From positions 236,902,001 to 236,966,000 of the forward strand of contig OZ024740.1 of NCBI GenBank assembly GCA_964016885.1: a stretch of 64,000 nucleotides of DNA, in the 5' to 3' direction. Under the pieces are notes generated by a model. That model had not been told where the DNA came from and searched no databases. It saw only the letters and a program-made list of their open reading frames with translations. A program made the position numbers and the translations under genes. Within the stretch, counting starts at the first letter, position 1. Each line of letters opens with the position of its first letter. Shown here one piece after another: positions 50,541 to 63,022 of this stretch. Origin of the DNA: Eledone cirrhosa (taxonomy: Eukaryota).

Positions 50541-51750
50541 TCATCATCATCATCATCATCATCATCATTTAATCATCATCTTTTGACCGGTCAAGATAAA
50601 CTTTACAACATCCCACCAGTAGTTCCTGTCTTGCATGGCCACCCCCAAGTCTTCTCACCCAATCCCAGAGTTCCTAGAAATGGTATCAGGATAAGACAGT
50701 TTACAGAATTTGTGGCTAGCTGGCTCCGGTTTCCAGAGGATAAAGGGTGACATCACTTCATTGGCTGATCTATGGTAGAAACAAGCAAATTACACCCTTT
50801 TTACTTTAACAATCTATAAAACGCTTGGAAGTTCACCATAGATTTGCTGGAGCATTGGATGCCCCCTCTAGGATAGATTTCAAACATGCATTAATAGTTG
50901 TGTGTATGTCCCGTCAAGATGCTTTTGTTGGCTTGATGTCAAGGTCCAGGTTTGGGAACCATAAAGAAAAATTGGTTCAATCATTGTTTTGAAAGTTTTG
51001 ACTGATTCTATTATCAAGGTTTGAGGTTCAGATTTTATTTAGGCCATTGCAAGCTGTCAAGGCCACACTTTTTTTGTTTTGAAGTCTTTCTCCGAGTTAG
51101 AAATGAAGGAATCAAGGTATCTATAGTCCTTCAGTGTTTCATATTTTAATTGTGGGGGATGGATCAATAGTTTGGGAACAATTCATGTATTCAGTTTTTA
51201 TCACATTCAGATAGAGTCCAACACAATTTGCAGCCATCTCAAAGAATGTTAATAGAGATTGGACATTCACAGGTGTATTACTTAAAGCGATATCACCAGC
51301 AAAATCAGCAAAATCAGTGTCTGTAAGATATTGAGCAGAATGATGAGCTCTTTAGAGGTTGAATTGGTTTAGTCTAGAAATATGCAGAATATAATCAACA
51401 ACAACACTGAAAAGAAAAGGAGCTAAGTTATCTTCTTGAAGAATACCAGCTTTGATGTCTGTGGGTTGTCTCTCTCCATCTGATTGTTGCAGAAGTGTTA
51501 GTATTTAGGATCTTGATAGCTTCGATTATATCTTGAGAAATAGCATAGAGACTAAGAATTTCTATCAATAGAATCAAAAGCTTTGCTAAAGTCAACAAAA
51601 ATAAAAACTGAGTCTAGATTATAATATTTACTTTCTTCAATAATTCTATGTAGTGTCAAAATTTGGCCAAGAGTTGAATGACCAGCTTGAGAACAATTCA
51701 CATTTTTCCTTAAAAAATAGATCAACTTGAAGAAGGATATGATTTAATAT
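50541..51750 (-). mobile_element. Degenerate RTE-group LINE (third family): RT, C-terminus and (GAT)n tail
   Basis: FVDFSKAFDSI, AGILQEDNLAPFLF, DFAGDIAL, LYGSQTWTL and IYGELP; catcat tail at 50541-50580. Confidence 0.88.
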
Positions 51751-52064
51751 TGATTATCATTTAATGTCCATGCTAGCAGAAACTGTATGAATTATCACAG
51801 AATATTTCAGTACTTAATTGGAGCTACTATTTCCCTAGGTGTGCCTGGTCCCATGTCACACTTACAATTATTTAAAAATATATCAACTAACAATGTTTAT
51901 GCTACAACGAAATGCACAATTTTTGAAAACAAACAATCATAAAACGTCATCAAACACTGCCATCACACAGTGATTATACGTATTTATTTGTGATTAAATA
52001 CAGTATGGCTTAGACAAACATATGTGAACTTTTTATTGGCTCTTCAAACTTATAAATAATATGC

Positions 52065-52113
52065 ATATCTTCTGATGAGAACCCAACTAGGTTTGAAAAT
52101 CTATTACAGATAT
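52065..52113 (+). ncRNA. Degenerate minimal hammerhead ribozyme motif (PLE relic)
   Basis: AUAUCUU-CUGAUGA-GAACC(CAACUA)GGUUU-GAAA-A(UCUA)U-UA-CAGAUAU, with a mismatch at the base of stem I. Confidence 0.5.
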
Positions 52114-52177
52114 TTTTTCAATCTATAGGAAAGTATGTATATTTGGCATGTTTAGCATGTCTATCTACTCAGTGTGT

Positions 52178-52476
52178 GAAGGTGCATGCCTTTATGGTTA
52201 GGGTATTCAGCTCACAATCATAAGGTCGTGAGTTTGATTCCCGGTGGTGCGTTGTGTCCTTGAGCAACATACTTTATTTCACATTGCTCCAGCCCACTCA
52301 GCTGGCAAAAATGAGTTGTACCTGTAGTTCAAAGGATCAGCCTTGTCACTCACTGAGAACTATGTAAAGGGCATGCGTGTTTGTAGAATGCTCAGCCACT
52401 TGCATGTTAATTTCATGAGCAGGCTGTTCCATTGATCGGATATCTGGAATACTCAGTCATAACTGACAGAGTGACT
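52178..52476 (+). mobile_element. tRNA-derived CORE-type SINE, tail type 2
   Basis: B-box gagtttgattcc and CORE-like ttgtgtccttgagcaacatacttt...tgctccag, followed by a distinct 3' region. Confidence 0.82.
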
Positions 52477-53581
52477 GTACTACTATCAGAATATAAAGTG
52501 CCGCCTATATATTCAGTGTGTACATTTATATACACATTTAAGCAGTTTCATGAATAACTTTTCAGAACATGTATAGCAAATATAAGATGGATCACTGTTC
52601 AACTGGAATTGTCCAATTTTGAAAATTCAACACAAAATTAAACAAAGAAAATTAAAATATGTTGATATCAATCAAAAGCTTGTGTAGATACCAACTTGTA
52701 CCTATGGAATCTATTTAAAGTTTACTTTCCAGATACTAATTATTCATGTCACTATTTGCTCTTTCTTTCTCTCATTCTTATTATATTCAACTTTCTATTA
52801 TTATTTTTATTTTTACTGTTACATGAAGTGATCAAAATCAGAACCAAAAATCAATAAACAGAAACATCAAATTGTCATCTGAATGATACTGAAGTTTGTA
52901 ACTAAACAACTGCAACAGTTCTGCAAACATTTGTAGTGTATGTAATCAAACTGATTTGGACTTTTGTTCTCAAGTTAGCTAAATAGGTCATTGCAACCAC
53001 ACATGCAGACCTTTTAGCCCCATAGATATTTAATTCCTTTGTTTGGGACTAGTGTCACCAAATTGTCTGGCGGAATGGTTTTCTAGAGGCCATCAGCAGC
53101 TTGTCAGAAGTTAATGCTATCCTGACAAAAATAGTCTGCCCTTGGCTGTCCAAGGCAGTTTGCTCCAGTTTACGAAAGACATCTAAAGAATGTAATTGGC
53201 TGTAGATTTACTTTATTCCATTTGTGTCTCGGCCTTTAGGCCAGTGAGCTCTATCAACAAATGTTAGTTATATACGAATTTTAACACATTTACTACAAAC
53301 ATCCACGCCAAAGAATCAAACAAACGCTCACAATTTTACTATGAATATCTTTGCTTTTCCTAAATTGTCACAATAACTTCGAAGAAAGTTATCAAGTAAT
53401 AAAATGATTAAAGAAGCAGATCTTGTTCATCGTTCATTCACTATGGTGTTTCACACAACACTTTATATGGGACAGATCACCTTCCACATTCCCCGATCAA
53501 GCCCCCATTTACTACTACAATTCCTACCACACACTACAATGAACCGCTGACCAATTCATTCAGCAACACAACATCAAATTC

Positions 53582-53911
53582 ACATCATCATCATCATCAT
53601 TTTACGTCTGCTTTTCCCTGCTTGCAAGGGTGGGACGGGAACTGATTCTGGCTTGATTTCTACAGCTGGATGCCCTTCCTAACACCAAGCTTATTTACAG
53701 TGAGTGCTGGGTGCTTTTTTGCCGTGACACCTCCACGTCGACTTTGCAGTGGAATGATAGGGACCCCAGTCCCTATCATCTCATTTCTACAGCTGAGTAA
53801 ACTGGAGCAATGTGAAATAAAGTGTCTTGCTCAAGGAATCAACACATCACCCGGTCTGAGAATTGAACTCACAACCTTTCGATTGCAAGGCCAATGCTCT
53901 AACGACTAAGC
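53582..53911 (-). mobile_element. tRNA-derived CORE-type SINE with RTE-derived 3' tail (tail type 3)
   Basis: A-box ggcttagtcgttag, B-box gagttcaattc, CORE-like ccttgagcaagacacttt, then ggtgttaggaagggcatccagctgtagaaa...(GAT)n. Confidence 0.88.
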
Positions 53912-54097
53912 CAACAAACAAGAACCTAATCATTTTTTTAACCCACTGCATATATATGCATATATGTATATATAGTGATGTTTGCTAGCATGTGCAGTTT
54001 AATGGTGTTTCAGTGATCATTATATATTTATTTAAAGAAAGTCTGGGATTTGTAACACTGTGGGTGTGTGTATGTGTGTACAGATGTGTGTGTATGT

Positions 54098-54539
54098 TTA
54101 ACCCTTTTAGCATTTAAACCAGCTGTATCTGGCCAGAAAACTTTCACCTCTTTCTGTTCAAACCGGCCATAACCAGTCACTCATACTGATGTTAAGGTAT
54201 TGTTCTCAAAATAGATAATATCAAAATCTTATAGATTCAATATAATTGTTTCTACTTTAGGCACAAGGCCAACAATCACCCAGTGCATTACTGGTACTTT
54301 ATTTTATCGACCCCGTAAGGATGAAAGGCAAAGTCAACCTCGGCGGGAGTTGAACTCAGATCGTAAAGGGACGTAACTATGCTGGAAAGCATGGCGTCCA
54401 ACCCTCTACCGATACTGCCAATCCACCGCCCTTAGATTCAATATAATGTGAAATAATTATGCAAGATAAAGCTTTTACCATGAAAATACAATAGTATATA
54501 TAGAAAATACAATTGTAAATATAAATGCGAAAGGATTAA
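54098..54539. mobile_element. piggyBac-type MITE family B (inverted relative to the other copies) containing a SINE
   Basis: ttaacccttttagcatttaaacc ... taaatgcgaaaggattaa. Confidence 0.85.
54247..54432 (-). mobile_element. Full-length S1 SINE with 15-bp TSD
   Basis: tagattcaatataat at 54232-54246 and 54433-54447. Confidence 0.93.
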
Positions 54540-55056
54540 ATATGTATGTATATGGGTATGTGTGTATTTCTATCTATTTTATATAGTTGTACAGCAATGG
54601 ACCCACATATTTGCAACCGCAACATATAAGTGCACAAGTTGTTTGACTAAGTCATCATTTGTCTTATGTAGTTCTGTTTTATATGGCACAGTGGAACCCT
54701 TTCCCTTTTTTTTTTTATGGATGGAAGACTCATCATACTGCCCAGTTTAATATCTTTTGGTTCGTGGGTGCTTATAGCAGAATTTTTTCTGTTGTAAATA
54801 TTTGGACCAAACTCTAAGATATCACATCAAGGTGCTCCAACACCCTTTACGCTTCTCTAGAAGCAAAACAAAATGAAACCTACCGGGCAATTCTCTACAC
54901 TCTTCTCTAATATCCACAAATTCTGATCTCACCATTTCATGTATGTATGTGTATGCAAGAACCTGTGACTCCTGGTGGAGTTGTAGGGGTGTCATAGTAA
55001 CATAATATGTCTTGGATATTTTTATAACCTTGTGGAGCCCATCCCTAAACAAGTCT

Positions 55057-55256
55057 TAACACAGAGCCAGTTTTTTTCCAGAGAGGGGAAGTGAGAAAGA
55101 GATATAGAGGGGAAATCGACCTCAATACTGGACTGGTTTGTTTTATTGCCCTTGAAAGGATGAAAGGCAAAGTTGACCTTGGTGAAATTTGATCTCAGAG
55201 TGCCGGAACAAATGCCGCAAAGCACTATCTGATATTCTAACAACTCTGCCAATTTG
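55057..55256 (-). mobile_element. Older S1-related SINE (long variant)
   Basis: gaaaggatgaaaggcaaagttgaccttggtgaaatttgatctcagag...ctctgccaat. Confidence 0.75.
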
Positions 55257-55499
55257 CTGGATATAACATTACTTCTTACTAACACACAAACTACTACATA
55301 TATTTCTGATGCCTATATTACACTTTTACTTAAACTCCGTTCTGAAATGTTGTGTCTATACATGTGTAGATTTCACTTTCACTTCGACATTAGCAAAAAG
55401 AGTTCCAGTGAACCGAGTTCTAAGTTTCTCCCCACTATTCCTCAAAATACACATGCTTGCTCTACTACTCTCCAAACTCCTGCCCAAACACCTCAAATA

Positions 55500-56530
55500 T
55501 ATCTCTTTCTGCATTGAAAACATCATATTTCCCCACTTTTCCCAAATTCTCTTAAGTCATCGTCCTTGGTGACTTCAAGATGTACAACTCTTCTTGGTTC
55601 TCACATTCATCTTAACCTCTGTCAGACTAATATTGTCTCTGCACTTATCAGGTCCCTTAACCACTGCTTTATTAGGATTTTTCACCACAAATGCATATAC
55701 AACATAATGCATCCCATCTCCTGGTTCCTATTGTATTTCAGGTCAGTTGACTGGACAGAGCTCTGCCAATTTTATGCTATCACATGAGCTTCACCCAACC
55801 AATCAGAAACAAGTAGGTGGATCACTGAAACCATCCTTTTAGGCATAAACATTCATATCTCTAAATAAGTTCTCTAAGTGGTTCACAAAAAGCTGTGCTG
55901 CAGTAGGTCAGACAAAGAACATAGCCTACAATACTTTCAAAAAGCCACTGGCATCTACAAATGGGTTGATTCTAACCAACACTACAACTCCTCCAATGCC
56001 ATCATCTGAATTGCAAAAAGTGCTTTCATACATCACACAACCCACAAGCTATCACACCTCTCAAACAGCAGTCAGACCTTTTGGTCTCTTTCCAAAAGGA
56101 TCTCTAGCAACTTTGCTACCTCCACTTGTCAACCATGATGGCCACTTTACATCCTACACCACATTTCACACAGAAAGTAAATCTCTATAATTATCTCCTT
56201 TCACTTCACAAGGTTCACTGCCATGCATACTCACAAGCCAAATGTGAAAATACCCCTGGATGCTTCAAACCAACAAGGCCACTGACCCTGACAATGTCAT
56301 TCAGCCTTCAAATAGTACACACCAGAATTAAATTATCTTCAACAAAACCTTCAAGCTTTCCTTCTTTGGAAACATGTCACACATCCAAGAAATTACCATC
56401 CTATTGTACTCACTTCTAGCATCTCAAATATGATTAAGAAGGCCACTAAAAACAATCTTCAACATCTTAACTCACTGTCTCTCCTTAATGATCTTTATTG
56501 TGGTTTTGTAAAGCCAGATCTATTGTAGCT
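55500..56530 (+). mobile_element. Degenerate CR1/Jockey-group LINE ORF2 relic
   Basis: YFRSVDWTEL, KWFTKSCAA, FWSLSK, KATDPDNV, NYHPIVLTSSIS and LLND...GF. Confidence 0.65.
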
Positions 56531-57142
56531 TGCTGGTCTTCTACCACTTCAACTGAGTTATTCCTGACTCACATGCAGTTTCTCCTTTAATCATTCACAT
56601 TGTGGGGACCTACTAGATAGCGCACTAACCACTATTCCCAGTCCTTCTTGCTCATGCTTTTCCCACAGCCATCAACATGATATTGAAAAGGAACATTAAC
56701 CACATCAATACCATCAGTCTTGAAGGATTGGCAAAAGCCATGTATAGATCCTTCTCCAGACTAAACAAACAAACAAAAACATCTGAGTGATTAACATCTG
56801 AGTGATTAACATAAAAACTTTATTAATTAACTTATCAGTGCTTTATGAAAAAATAATCTCATCTGAAACTAATCAATGATGTTGATTTTTAAATAAATAC
56901 ATTTTCCACAAATATTGAATTTTTTTTCTCTACTTTACAGTGAAATAACAATTTCACGGTTAACAAAGAATGGTTCCAAGTGGATTATTTCTTTTTTCTA
57001 AGAGAGTCAGAGTAGAAAGAGCAATCCCTATTACTTTTATTGATTCTCCTAGGCTGGGAAGCTTGATAGCTATTCCAGCTTTCTCATTGTGGCTAAGTAA
57101 AATAAGATGCAAGAAAACTTTAAATTACTGATAAGCTGATCC

Positions 57143-57248
57143 CTATTTTATGTCTAAGAAATGGGCAAAAATCCAAACTCAAGCATAAGCCAAGGAAGCT
57201 GATCAACACATTATGTTTAGGTGGTGTGGTTTTGAAATTCTCATGAGT
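57143..57248 (+). repeat. Unclassified dispersed repeat (partner of 9751-9855)
   Basis: ctattttatg...aaatgggc.aaaatccaaac...tggttttgaaattctcatgagt. Confidence 0.75.
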
Positions 57249-60200
57249 GGAGAATATATGATATTTATGGAGATTTAATATTTTGATATTTTAAATGTCA
57301 TTTAGAGTTTTTGTTTCACATCTCCGTTATGTAGCGATCTTTTACCAGTTTCCAACCATTCCAAAGTGAAACTGGTGTAATATTCACCTCCAAAGCAAAA
57401 ATATTTTAGCTGGTAAAAATCAGTAAAATATTGACACCGAATATAATCAACCTCACCAACATTTTACCACCTCACCATTTTACCATCAATTCTTTTTGTC
57501 ACACATTTGTCGGCATATATGAGTATATATGGTACATCTTTTGCAACTCTATTTTATATCAATAATCTAACTGGATGTCGATGATACTAAATACTGAAAT
57601 AGAAAAAGTCTGCAGTCTCTGAAACCTTCCAGAATTTACTCATCACCCCATTGACGTTGATGAAAAAAATTGAAAAACTAAATCAATAATAGATTTCTAG
57701 TACTTTTTAAAGTTATTTGTCTAATCACATTTTTAGAAAAGCATTTAAAAAATTTACCAACTTTACTTATAAATTGAGCTTTCATCAATATGTTTCTCCA
57801 ACTTCTATTTTGAGATTATTGAAATATTGAGTAAAGCAATTTTTAAAATACTTCATACTACAGTACTTTATTGTAAATTTAAAAGAAATAAACATTATAA
57901 CTTTTAAATACAATGACACATATACACATGAAAGCTAAAAAAATTGTGCCAATATTTTAATGTTAATACAATGTTTGATGTACACACAGAAAACTATTAA
58001 CCACAAGTTTTAGTGATTCAGTAATAAATGAAATATTTAAATATTCACAAATCTCAATACTTATAGGTTGTTTCGGTGCTATGATAAAAAGCACCCAGTA
58101 CTCACTGTAAATTTAGTTGGCATTAAGAAGGGCATCCAGCCATAGAGACCAAGCCAAAATCAGTTCTGTATGAGCAAGACAAGGACATCTGGTCTGGATT
58201 GTCTCACAAGACAACTTGTCTAACCCATACTGGTATGGAAAAATGCATGTTAAACTGTGATGATGATGATTTCTTTACACTGAAGTAATAATGCAAACCC
58301 ATGAAAGGTGGAACTTTAAATATGTCAGTGTTGAGACTAAACAAATCAGCAAAAAGTTAAAATTTTATTTTATTTTTACTTTAAATTCGTACAGATAAAG
58401 GTATGAAAAATAATTTATCTCACACTAATAGTAACTCTACAAGGAGCAAATAGCAACACCTGTCACTAACCCATAACTTAGAGGTAACATATGACTTACA
58501 GACGAACCTGGGTGTCTGAAAGTAGTACTTATTCAATCTAATAATTAATAGTGGGAAAGTTTGTATCATATCTTCTAATGATACAAATACATGTCTAGTC
58601 TACTTGGTCAATAGACAGAGCAATGTAGATCTCAGAGTAATGGAGATCCATAACAAATGTGTAGTTATGATTACTTGAAAGTATTTAAACATAATAATAT
58701 TATGAATTTACTTAATTATTTATACACTAAGTGGCACATTTTTGATAATGGAAATGTACTATAGGATATAGCCATTACAATGTGTGATTGAACACAGGAG
58801 AAATATAAACAAATGTATTTTTCCCCTTCTAATTTCTCCATGACCAGAAAAGGTGAGATTAGCTTGTCTAGTTCCAATTGAAATTACGATTCTCTTCTGA
58901 GGCTATGCACTTGCTTTTATCCTTTCTTTTTACATGTATTGCAAAGAAGGTTTACTTGTCTATGCATGCCAGTGCTCATAGGTTAGTATCCTCTTGGTGT
59001 ATTATACTGTTCTCATGTATATAGGCTGCTCTAAATATGCTGTATATAGACTATGGGTGCTGTAAACTTCTGTTCAGTTACATCTGCTAATTTTTATACA
59101 AGTTTGAATGTTGATTTCCTGCAGCCTTTGTTCATGGGGGCATCATTATTTATAAAAATCCATTTTCTAGTTAAACGCAAGATTGACTAATATTTCTTCC
59201 ATAAAATACTAATGAAAGATAAGAACAAATTAAGTTGTGACAATCACAGTATTATTTCTTTATAAATGTGGCCTAATGTAGTACAATATTATGAAGTGTG
59301 ATTCACTATGTTTATCTTGGAATCCATGTCCACTCTAAAATATTTTTCTAAGTTTAAACTATTTGAAGCCATAGTTTCCTCCTGTTGTATTTGTGACATA
59401 CATTATTATCTCTTGTATCCATTGGACTGTATCTCTGTGTTCATTCATTAAAAAGAAAGTATTAAATGGAGAACAGCTCTCAAGGGGCTGTATTTGAATA
59501 TATGCTAACATGATAGGAATTTAAAAAAAATACAAATAGAAGATGGAAGAAAATTTGACAAGTAACTTTTTAATTGAAGTCTGAATTCATTTGAGAAAAC
59601 TCAATAGCTTTTAGTGAGATTCTGTAGTTAGAATAAGTATGCTCTTCTAAATTTAAATACATCATTCTAGAATCTAATCGTTTGAATTTAGATTAACTCT
59701 ATTTCACCCAAAATAGCAATAAATAAGACTGACTGCAACAGGGAACATTAATAGCTATATCAGCAAATCCCAATACATTTACTGTGATGTACAAAGTAGT
59801 TGAGGCAGGAGTGTGGCATTAGGAGTGTGGTGTCTAATGATGCAGTAATTTAATTATCTGTGTTATGAATTTCAGAAAGTCAGTCAACCAACTTAGTATC
59901 TATCAATCAGGTGAAGTTTTATTGATTTTATTCTCATCAACCAAATAGTAAAGGCTATCAATTGCTTTAATAAGAGGGAATTTTAAGTTAAAAGTAAAAT
60001 AAGTAAAATATGGAATGTATAATTTGGGTATTCTAAGTTATCAATTCCATCTTTTACATTACACTTTAATCAGTTACTCCAAATGTCTTCAGGTACATCG
60101 TTTCTACATTTACACACTCTTGGGATGGGTTTGAACTCTAAACCACTATTTCTAAAATAGAATTTTAATGCTCTTATTCATTACACTACTGCCTAGCAAT

Positions 60201-61804
60201 ATTTGTGTTTGAACAGAAGCCTCCTATGTATATATGTACATATGTTGACAGATAGAGAGGTTAACTGTCCTTGTAAACCTAAACCACTCTATTAATGAAA
60301 TACAGACATGAAGTTATCAAACACAAACATTCACTATTGTTTAATTAGAAGATAATTTTGAAGACAATGAGTTAACACACATCAAAGAATGTAGAGAATA
60401 ACTGATGAACATTAGCAGATACTAAATCAAGGCAGTGACTGGGACTAGAAACTTATCTGTTATGAATATCATGACAGTAAGAGTTAATCTAGTAAATTAG
60501 ATTATGCAATATATTAGATCTAAGAAATTAATTGTCAAATGATTATGGCATCAATGGTCTATTTGAAATCTGGACGAGAAATATTTTCAGTAAAATATTG
60601 CTGAAAATATTTACCAAACGCTTCAAATTTTCACTCACAAAGAACATTCTCTCTTTAAGTTATAATGACAGTGATAGTGAGTCCTGTCACCAAGACTTGG
60701 ACACTGCTAACTCTTGGCCTTTCACTTTCAGTATCTATTCCCATACGACCAAATCTACAAGAGATTTGAATTATTATTATGGTACACAGTTATTAGTGAA
60801 TGTTGTAAACTTAAATTCTTATAAATTCTTGGTATAAAATTAGGCATGGTCATCTATGCTTTAGTGACTTGTTAATTTAGCTATTCTTAAACAGAAGGTA
60901 GAACTAAATCTGACGAAAAGCAGTGCAAGAAATTGGTTAGAGAGTTTAACACCACCACCTGCCATTGGATGTCTTTAACAAAGTCCACTTCATTGCAAGA
61001 ATTCAGGCCAGATCTCCAGATTGAGGATACCTTCCTCTTTCCCCCCAGCTGGTTCTGAAGGTCCTTTATAAGGGTTATGGGCCTTGCCATTTCATCTGTC
61101 TAAGTGATTTAAAAAAACACAAATCATCAGGTACAGTCCATACAATGGTGTTTTGAACAGTTTCCCCTCTAGCCAATTTCACAGCATGAGCAAATGAAAG
61201 AAGATCTACAGGGTTTCTTGATCTGCTAGAAATAGCTGCCTAATTTCTCTCAACAGCTCACTACCTTTAAAAAGAAAAGACTCATTGGATAATAGAGTAC
61301 AAGACATATTGTGTCAAAATTAAAAGAATGCTGACCATGGTTGGTATGCTTTATGATTGTAAGTCTATTTGAGCTATACTCACATGAAGTATAGCAACAA
61401 CACAATTTACCTAATAAGTATTTCTTGAACATGTGGCTATGCTAGAAGACACTTGCCCAAGGTGCTACACAGGGAAATAAAACCTAGAATCATGTGAATG
61501 TAAAGTAAACTTCTAAACCACATAGCCAAGCTTGATAGTTAAAGATTTTGATATAAAATATTCAATTCCAATTAAAGATTATCTGTGCTGTCTGACTGGG
61601 ATCATGTATTTTTTTGTTGTTTTGTTTTTACTGATTCTCATGAAGTAACTGTAATGAATTATTCAGTATTTATTAAAAAAAAAAGAATGAAAATGGTAAG
61701 AATCAAGTTTTTAACAGACCATCTCATTAACACTGAATCTGTCACTTTCACTGTTATAGGATATTGAAAACTTCACTTACATGTTAATTATTGGCACATC
61801 TAAT

Positions 61805-62310
61805 AAGTGATTCTCTCATTACAACTTTAGCAAGTATGGTGACGTCTATACTTCACTAAGGAAGTCTAAAAAGACAAACATGTCAATTGGTATCTCCTGC
61901 ACTTGCTAAAATGATTTGAGTTGTAGTTTTTTTCAAATTAAATAATTATTTCTAATTAGTTTTTTGATGCTCAATGCAGTAAATATATTTGCAATAACTT
62001 ACTATGATTTTTTTATCAAGATGACATCCATCCCTGATTCATTTCCCTAAATGATTTATTGTTTTTGATTAGCCTAAATTTTGTATACATTTTTGTATAT
62101 CTAGTTAATGATTCTCTCATGCCAACAACAGATGAAGTTTTATGTTTCATTTAGGAAGTCTAATAAGAATGAAACATGTCCAGAATTATTTCCTATTCTT
62201 GCTAAAATGATTAAAATAGTATTAGTCATTGAGCTAAATGTTGTTTATCACCTCACCACAAAATTACTTTTTAATAGCTTTTTGATGCTCATTGCAATAA
62301 ACATATTAAC
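61805..62310. repeat. Old local direct duplication, period about 300 bp
   Basis: gattctctcat, aggaagtctaa, aaacatgtc, cttgctaaaatgatt and tttttgatgctca.tgca.taaa occur in the same order at about 61810-61990 and 62110-62310. Confidence 0.75.
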
Positions 62311-62817
62311 AGAGATTAGTTAGCTGGATAACTGATGCATTTAATGACTAAGAGATACATTAGAAGATTTTTTTTTCTGAAACTCATGATTTGAGAATCA
62401 AATGATTGAACAATTTAGAAAATTATAGAAACTACAGTTAATTAAAGCTTTGAGTGAGCAGAAATGTTCATCTATTAAATATTTATTTCTGTATCATAGA
62501 TTGAATGTTCAATCAAAGTACACCACACCTTCCTCCTTTCAGTCTGGAGACCAATGGACCACAAGTATACTGAAAATTAATAAATCAATAATCAAGTGCT
62601 TTTCAATGATTGATTGTGATATAGTTGATTTATGCCAAAACTGAACTTTTCTGTAACACCTACACCTGAGAAAAATACTATTCACTGGTGTCAGCGTAAA
62701 ATATATTATCATTGACACTTATGATAAGTGACACAGCTGACATACTTATTTTAGAAATTATATCATCATCATCATCATTAATTATGTTGATGATGATCCT
62801 CATAATGACAATAATAG

Positions 62818-63021
62818 TAATGGTTTCTGATTTAGACACAAGGCCAGCAATTTGGGGGAGGGAAAAGTCGATTAAATTGATCCCAGAACATTACTGGTAT
62901 TTTATTTTATCGACCCCGTAAGGATGAAAGGCAAAAATTTCAACTCAGAACGTAAAGAGCAGTAACTATGCTACACAGCATGTTGTCTGGCACCCTACCA
63001 ATACTGCCAATCCACGGCCCT
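62818..63021 (-). mobile_element. S1-related SINE (long variant)
   Basis: acaaggccagcaa...tttattttatcgaccccgtaaggatgaaaggc...ctgccaatccac. Confidence 0.85.
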
Positions 63022-63022
63022 T

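Noticed and set aside
60887-61100. 67-aa ORF as an exon
   Set aside because: It more likely represents a decayed RTE C-terminus (HL.RM...GKRK); too degenerate to annotate.
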